Source: Methanocaldococcus jannaschii DSM 2661 (GTDB taxonomy: Archaea > AGJL01 > Methanococci > Methanococcales > Methanocaldococcaceae). Taken from it: 32,000 nucleotides of DNA. Position 1 is the stretch's first letter. Each line of letters starts with the position of its first letter. Both the position numbers and the translations under genes were made by a program. Of this stretch, positions 26,508 to 32,000 are shown piece after piece. The stretch lies in the NCBI RefSeq assembly GCF_000091665.1, contig NC_000909.1, positions 259,995 to 291,994 on the forward strand. The letters are read 5' to 3'. The notes under the pieces are model-generated. The model was not told the origin of the DNA. It saw only the letters and a program-made list of their open reading frames with translations, and did no database searches.

Positions 26508-26596
26508 TATTTCACCAAAAAGTTTTTTATGTTATTTTTAGATATTTATCTTTATACAAACTACATATAACATTTAAAAAAGTATAAAAAATGTGA

Positions 26597-27784
26597 ATGC
26601 CCATGAATATTGTTAATATGTTTGGTAAATATATTAAAATAATAAAATGGATTGGTATTGCATCACTAATAGGGATTGTTGGAGGGCTAAGTTCAGTTAT
26701 TATAGCTATTATCATTGAATATTTTCCAGAAAAGCATAATGTTTTATTAATTCCAATAGTATTTTTTATTGCTGGATTGTTTGTTGATTATATTTATGAA
26801 CTAAAGGGTTCTGGGATTGACAGGGTTTTAAAAGCTTTGAATACTAATGAAAAATTGACATGGATTCGAGGACTTTTAAAAGTTTTGTTAGCTGGAGCAG
26901 TTATAGCTGTTGGAGGTAGTGCTGGAAAGGAAGGGCCGTGTGTGCAGTCAAGCGCCTCTTTTGCAGATGAGCTTTACAGATTATTAAAACTGAAAAATAG
27001 AGAGTTGGTTATTATAACTGGAATTGCTGGAGGGTTGGGGGGAGCGTTTTCTGCCCCTTTGGGGACTGCCATATTGGCATGTGAGATTATTGAACATGAG
27101 AATTTTAATTACATTAACTTAATTCCTCCAATTATTGCAAGTGTTGTTGGTTATCTAATATTTTATTTAATAACGGGAAGAAAACATTTATTTAACATTA
27201 CCTTATCCTATACTATCAACATTCACGATTTTCTTTTATTTATCTTAGGAGCTTTTTTCTGCTCTTTAATCGCACACTGCTATATAAAAACATATAGAAA
27301 AATATCTTCAACTTTCGATAATCTTAAAATTCCTTACTGCATTAAGACATTGATTGGTGGAATTTTAGTTGCAGTAATAAGTTATTTTATACCAGAAGTT
27401 ATGGGCATGGGTTTAACATTAACAAAAGAACTGTTTATTATGGAATTTTCTTTGGTATTTTTGGTATTACTATTAATAGGTAAGATATTAGCTACTTCCT
27501 TTACTGTTGGCTCTGGAACTCCGGGAGGATTGGTTTTTCCATCGATGTGTATAGGAGCAATTTCTGGAATTATATTTGGAAGTTTAATAGGAGATTGTTC
27601 TGCTCCTTATATAGTTTTAGGTATTGCCACAACATTATCTGCTACTACAAATGCTCCATTGGGAGGAGCAGTGTTATGCACAGAGATTTTTGGATTTGAT
27701 TTTGCAGTTCCAGCTTCTATAGGGGCAGTTATTGGCTACCAGATGACAAAATTGGAGACAATATTCAAATATATAAGGTTCTAA
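26597..27784 (+). CDS. ClC-family chloride channel/antiporter, short form without CBS domains
   Basis: Selectivity motifs GSGI (LKGSGIDRV), GKEGP (gating Glu present) and GGLVFPS. About 10 hydrophobic helices. Confidence 0.85.
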   Translation: MPMNIVNMFGKYIKIIKWIGIASLIGIVGGLSSVIIAIIIEYFPEKHNVLLIPIVFFIAGLFVDYIYELKGSGIDRVLKALNTNEKLTWIRGLLKVLLAGAVIAVGGSAGKEGPCVQSSASFADELYRLLKLKNRELVIITGIAGGLGGAFSAPLGTAILACEIIEHENFNYINLIPPIIASVVGYLIFYLITGRKHLFNITLSYTINIHDFLLFILGAFFCSLIAHCYIKTYRKISSTFDNLKIPYCIKTLIGGILVAVISYFIPEVMGMGLTLTKELFIMEFSLVFLVLLLIGKILATSFTVGSGTPGGLVFPSMCIGAISGIIFGSLIGDCSAPYIVLGIATTLSATTNAPLGGAVLCTEIFGFDFAVPASIGAVIGYQMTKLETIFKYIRF

Positions 27785-27817
27785 AAATAAAAAATAAAAA
27801 AGAGAAATTTGAGAATT

Positions 27818-28000
27818 TTAATCCATATTTAAAATTCTTTTTAATGTCTCACAATTTGGAATGATAATTTCATCTATCTTATATTCCTCATTCATCATTT
27901 CTATAATCGTCATTAAATCTTTTCCAATACAGAGCTCACATTTTATACAGAGCTCATCATCTGTAAGATTTTCATCCTTACAAACTACTCTTAGCTTCAT
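27818..28000 (-). CDS. Small hypothetical protein with a CxxCxxC cluster
   Basis: MKLRVVCKDENLTDDELCIKCELCIGKD... Starting at the ATG at 28000 (GAAGGT SD) removes the 26-nt overlap with the thioredoxin gene implied by the track ORF. Confidence 0.45.
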   Translation of the reverse strand: MKLRVVCKDENLTDDELCIKCELCIGKDLMTIIEMMNEEYKIDEIIIPNCETLKRILNMD

Positions 28001-28028
28001 AACCTTCACTAAATTAAAAATTTTGAGT

Positions 28029-28286
28029 TTATAGTCTTTTTTTGATTGCCTCAACTAATGCCTCCTTTGTAGGAGCTCCAATAAACTCAACATCCCCATT
28101 TATTACAATTGTTGGAACTGCCATTATCCCATATTCCATTGCCTTTTGAGGATTCTCCATAACGTTTATGTATTCTACTTCAACAGCATCCGGCATTTCA
28201 TTTGCTACCTCTTCAACAACTCTTTTAGCTGCAGGACAGTGAGGACACATTGGTGATGTAAAAAGCTCTATCTTTACCTTTGACAT
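28029..28286 (-). CDS. Thioredoxin/glutaredoxin-like small redox protein
   Basis: 85 aa with the active site CPHC (FTSPMCPHCPAAK) and a cis-Pro region (AVPTIVING). I recognise it as the Mj0307 thioredoxin-like protein. Confidence 0.9.
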   Translation of the reverse strand: MSKVKIELFTSPMCPHCPAAKRVVEEVANEMPDAVEVEYINVMENPQKAMEYGIMAVPTIVINGDVEFIGAPTKEALVEAIKKRL

Positions 28287-28385
28287 ACTAACACCTTAAA
28301 AACCTCTTAAGTTTATAATAAAAATTTTATCCAAATTTTTATAAATAGTTTTCCAAAAATAGAATATTAAATTATAGGCTAAAAA

Positions 28386-29087
28386 TTAATGACCACATGT
28401 CCAAACTTGTCTGAAGTGTTCAATTGCTTCAACAATATCCTTCAATTTCTCTGGTGGGAAAGCTACAACAACTTCTTCTGGCTTAATTCCAGCGTATTTT
28501 CTTGAACCGTTACAACCTAAAGTCATGTTAGGAGCTTTTCTTGTATAAACTGCCGCTACAGCATCAGCACACAATGACTGAATTCCTGAGAAATCTGCCT
28601 GGAATCTTCCACCTTTATGGTAGAGTATTGCTTGAACTAACCTCAACGCATATAATGGCTCTCCAATAAATACAATTGAGTCTGGAATGAAGTCGGTTTC
28701 ATCTAATGGAGCATAGACTGTTGCATAAATTTCCTCTTCAACTTTTGGTATTGCATCAACTGTTTTTTTAGCTGCCTCTTCATCTTTAAAGTTTCCTAAT
28801 TTGACATATAATTTTCCTGTTGCTAATGGTTCTGGTGGGTTTCTAAAGACCCCCATTGCATAAGCTCCTCCCTTACAGAGGTGTTTATCAACTGTTGCAT
28901 ATAATTTTTTTCTTTCTAATCTTGCCATTTGAATCATTTCACAGTGTCTTTTTTCTTCGTCTAATGTTTCATAGCCTTCTGGAATTTCTTCCTTTGATTT
29001 TGCCAATTTTACAGCGACAAATGGTTTATCTAACATCATCAATTCCATTAACTTTTTTGCATTTTCTCTTATTTCATTAACATCCAT
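28386..29087 (-). CDS. DUF169-family protein
   Basis: 233 aa. The pattern ...FVAVKL..., HCEMIQ, GGAYAMG, GCNGSR matches my memory of DUF169. Function unknown. Confidence 0.65.
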   Translation of the reverse strand: MDVNEIRENAKKLMELMMLDKPFVAVKLAKSKEEIPEGYETLDEEKRHCEMIQMARLERKKLYATVDKHLCKGGAYAMGVFRNPPEPLATGKLYVKLGNFKDEEAAKKTVDAIPKVEEEIYATVYAPLDETDFIPDSIVFIGEPLYALRLVQAILYHKGGRFQADFSGIQSLCADAVAAVYTRKAPNMTLGCNGSRKYAGIKPEEVVVAFPPEKLKDIVEAIEHFRQVWTCGH

Positions 29088-29283
29088 AATCTCACCTGTG
29101 AATGGTTGTGTATGTTTTACGAACTATATTATTAACTTCCCCAGTATATATACTTTTCGATTTAATTCCAAATCACAAAAAATTTAAATCATATCATAGC
29201 CTTTCACCAAAAACAATAAAAAATCATATGAATTAGAAGTATAAGCAGAAAAATATAACTTTAACACATATGCTCAAAATTAG

Positions 29284-30138
29284 TTATAGAATCATCAACA
29301 TAAGTTCTCTTGCTATTTTAGCAGCGGTTATTGCTGTAATATTGGCAATATCATAAATCGGAGAAACTTCAACTATATCAAAACCAATAATTTTATCTTT
29401 AACCTCTTCTAATAAATATAAAGAGTTAAAAAGTTCTCTTGTTGAAAATCCACAGGGTTCTGGAGTTCCAGTTCCTGGAGCATAGGCAGGGTCTAACACA
29501 TCGATATCTATAGTTACATATATTGGCTTGTCTAAGCTCTTTATATATTCTAAATCATCCTTATTCATTAGATCCATCTTTAGATAGAGGTTGTTTTTCC
29601 TTGCAAGGTCCCATTCCTCTTTATCTCCACTTCTAATTCCAAATTGGAATATATTTTTGGTTAGCTCATAAACTCTCCTCATAACACACGCATGAGAGAG
29701 CTTATTACCCAAATATTCATCTCTCAAATCACAATGGGCATCAAATTGAATAACAATAAAATCATCATAGATGTCTTTTACAGCTTTGATTATTGGATAA
29801 GTTATAGAATGCTCTCCTCCAAAAACAATGATTTTTTTATTTTCTTTTAATATTTCCCTTGAGACTGAGTGAATTGTGCCAAATATTTCTTCTTGACTTC
29901 CATACAAATCTAAATCTTTTAAATCACAGTATTTTAATTCTGCCAAATCTCTATCTAAAATTGGGCTGTATGTTTCTAAACCCCATGATGCTGTTCTTAT
30001 AGCGTTTCCTCCCTCTCTCGCTCCCGGTTTAAATGAGGTTGTTTCATCATAGGGAATTGAAAATATAACTCCCTCAGCTTCTTCATAAGGACAATTTGCC
30101 ATCATAAATTTAGATAAATCAATAAAGTGCTCCTCCAT
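29284..30138 (-). CDS. speB: Agmatinase (arginase/ureohydrolase family)
   Basis: Mn-binding motifs [49 protein letters not shown]. Confidence 0.9.
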
Positions 30139-30267
30139 TTAACCACCTCAACAAAGAAAATATACTAAAAGAAGAATAAAAACCATAGCACATATAAAAA
30201 TATATATCCTAATCATTAAAAATAAAAAAGATTGTTTAAAATTTGATAAATTTAATTTTTTTATTTT

Positions 30268-30612
30268 TTAGAACATTGCTTTTATCTTATCTGCCGCTCT
30301 TTTCATTGTTATTCTAATTAAACCCAAATTAACTTTTGCGTCAGTTAAGACTACTAAAATTCCCTCTCCTGCATCGACCATTAGGGTTTTACCGTGCTCT
30401 CCTTCAATCATTGTTTGTTCTAAAGTACCCATTCCAATTTCTGCTGCTGTTCTTTCAGCAGCCCCAAATGCTGCTGAAGCCATAGCCCCAACTAACTCAG
30501 CATCAACACTCCCAGGCAATTGAGAGGCAATAACTAAACCATCCTTACCAACAACCATAGAACCCTTAATACCCTCAGTCTTATTCAACTCCAACAAAAC
30601 CCTATCAATCAT
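30268..30612 (-). CDS. Roadblock/LC7 (MglB-like) domain protein
   Basis: 114 aa. [17 protein letters not shown]...[12 protein letters not shown]...ILVVLTD is the classic Robl/LC7 pattern. Confidence 0.85.
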   Translation of the reverse strand: MIDRVLLELNKTEGIKGSMVVGKDGLVIASQLPGSVDAELVGAMASAAFGAAERTAAEIGMGTLEQTMIEGEHGKTLMVDAGEGILVVLTDAKVNLGLIRITMKRAADKIKAMF

Positions 30613-30651
30613 ACTATCCCATTTTTATTTCTTTCCATTTTTTATTTCAAC

Positions 30652-30984
30652 TTATTTTATTATTTCTTGTATTATTGGAATAATTTTATGTAAGATGTCA
30701 TTATTGGCTTTGAATAGTATTGTTAATATTTCATTATCTTTAGGGATTAATATTATTCCATCGTCCTTAACTTTAATAAAAACACATTCTGTCTTTTCGT
30801 TATATATATCTTTTATTACTTCAGAAATACTGTTCAAAATGATAGATAATCTTGCCCCTAAGCTTTCCATATTTGAATCTTCTGACAAACTGGAATATTC
30901 AACTAATCCATCATTTTTTATTAATAAAACTCCATGAATATAATCTAAATCTTTTAATTCTTCAAGAATTTCTTTTTGAATCAT
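30652..30984 (-). CDS. Divergent Roadblock/LC7-like protein
   Basis: 110 aa with the same topology pattern (YIHGVLLIKNDGLVEYS...ILTILFK) but strongly diverged and AT-biased. SD AGGAGG. Confidence 0.6.
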   Translation of the reverse strand: MIQKEILEELKDLDYIHGVLLIKNDGLVEYSSLSEDSNMESLGARLSIILNSISEVIKDIYNEKTECVFIKVKDDGIILIPKDNEILTILFKANNDILHKIIPIIQEIIK

Positions 30985-31227
30985 AACTATGCCTCCTTTA
31001 ATTAGATAGAGACTTTCATATAATAAATACTTTGTTGTTACGTGATAACACCTTATAGGAGTATATATAGAATTATATATAAGAGCATTATGGTGATTTC
31101 TAAAAAAATATTATTTGTGGTATTTATATACCCCCTATACATAGGAGCATTAAGAATTTTAACATTTTGAAAACCATCATAAATTTCAGAATTCAATATT
31201 ATATAAATTTAGTAGAAAGTTGAAAGA

Positions 31228-31848
31228 TTATAAACTCCCTACTTCTTTTATTTCAACAATCAATGTCTCTCCATTAACTGGAAGTTTTGTATTTACATTA
31301 ATTCTTGCCTTTGTATTTCCGTCTTTTCTTTCTCTTAGGACTCTTCTAACTATGGAAGCAGCTAATAAACCCTCTGGGCTTAACGGGAACTCTTTTAATC
31401 CTCTATCGATTAAAATTTTATGGACAGGAGCAAATAAAGAACCTTTTATATACAATTTGTAAATTACCATGTTATCTTTTATATTTTTTTCAATTTTTAC
31501 ATCTTTAGCAATCCCTAACTCCAAGAACGCATTTTTTAACAACTCTTCAACATTTTCTAATTCATAACTTGCTTGCCCACTGCCTAAAATTTCATCGACC
31601 ATTGCACTTAAAACTTCTCCAATTTCTGATAGTAAGATTTGAGTCATAGCTCCTGCTCCACTACCTAAGGTTTTTGCTAACGCTATGCTATAGCCAGTTA
31701 CTAAAGAGTTCATTAAAGGAATCATTCTCTCAGCTGTTCTATTTGCCATATTCTCAACTCCTGTATTTGTCAATAATTCATGTGCTTGACTCATGTATCT
31801 CCCCTCCATAGTCCCTCCACCTTTCGGAGGATTGATTCCCTTGGACAT
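31228..31848 (-). CDS. Hypothetical protein, unknown family (start uncertain)
   Basis: Long ORF directly upstream of the Roadblock pair. The internal ATGs at 31809 and 31794 are each preceded by strong SDs (GGTGGAGGGA / GGAGGGGAGAT), whereas the ATG at 31848 has none. No recognisable motif and no Cys. Confidence 0.6.
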   Translation of the reverse strand: MSKGINPPKGGGTMEGRYMSQAHELLTNTGVENMANRTAERMIPLMNSLVTGYSIALAKTLGSGAGAMTQILLSEIGEVLSAMVDEILGSGQASYELENVEELLKNAFLELGIAKDVKIEKNIKDNMVIYKLYIKGSLFAPVHKILIDRGLKEFPLSPEGLLAASIVRRVLRERKDGNTKARINVNTKLPVNGETLIVEIKEVGSL

Positions 31849-31978
31849 CTAAACACTTAATATATAAACTGTGAAAGTCCTATAGAGAGACTTTAATAAT
31901 GTATAGTTTGTTAATAATATGAGTTAATATAATCGACTATATAAAATTTTTGGTTTTTCCGATTTTTTTGGATTTTTC

Positions 31979-32000
31979 GGGGGGGGGGGGGGGGGGGGGG
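31979..32000. repeat. G22 homopolymer truncated by the window end
   Basis: 22 consecutive G at the last 22 positions, preceded by T-rich low complexity (TTTTTGGTTTTTCCGATTTTTTTGGATTTTTC). Confidence 0.95.

Noticed and set aside
26508-26596. Looked for a fluoride (crcB-type) riboswitch upstream of the ClC gene
   Set aside because: The spacer is AT-rich, with no conserved riboswitch core or pseudoknot-capable segments. The ClC protein carries the canonical chloride-type GSGI/GKEGP motifs rather than the fluoride-clade variants.
1-32000. Scan for CRISPR arrays, rRNA and tRNA genes, inteins, prophage or defence-island gene content
   Set aside because: I saw no regularly spaced direct repeats, no cloverleaf-capable GC-rich 70-90-nt segments, and no intein, endonuclease, integrase, capsid or restriction-modification motifs in any translated ORF. 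Gene content is housekeeping apart from the loci reported as findings.

Overview
AT-rich (about 30% GC by eye), densely packed archaeal chromosome with about 45 genes, most on the minus strand. From memory it matches Methanocaldococcus jannaschii, roughly loci MJ0275-MJ0312. I recognise the HSP16.5 small heat-shock protein, FKBP18, IlvB, FtsY, the class V FBP aldolase/phosphatase, agmatinase and the Mj0307 thioredoxin. None of this can be verified here. Most of the window is housekeeping. I saw no CRISPR array, rRNA, tRNA or intact mobile element. Features the ORF track does not explain: (1) a textbook double-guide box C/D sRNA at 395-461; (2) a roughly 370-bp internally deleted IS6-like transposase relic that exactly fills the tmk-lhr gap (16175-16543); (3) a 42-bp hairpin repeat with a 28-bp perfect core, present as inverted copies that bracket a two-gene segment next to a LysR-type regulator (24174-24215 and 25456-25497), with partial copies nearby; (4) two GC-enriched, hairpin-rich intergenic regions that are candidate structured RNAs (8850-9080, 15491-15591); (5) a five-gene minus-strand locus (10499-13756) encoding two uncharacterised secreted or anchored beta-rich proteins flanked by two paralogous winged-helix proteins, my best candidate for an undescribed surface-structure system; (6) a Roadblock/LC7 pair plus an unknown gene at the right edge; (7) a G22 homopolymer cut by the window end. 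Many track ORFs start a few codons too early at a GTG/TTG inside the Shine-Dalgarno (GGTGAT-like) sequence. I moved those starts to the downstream ATG and say so in the evidence.
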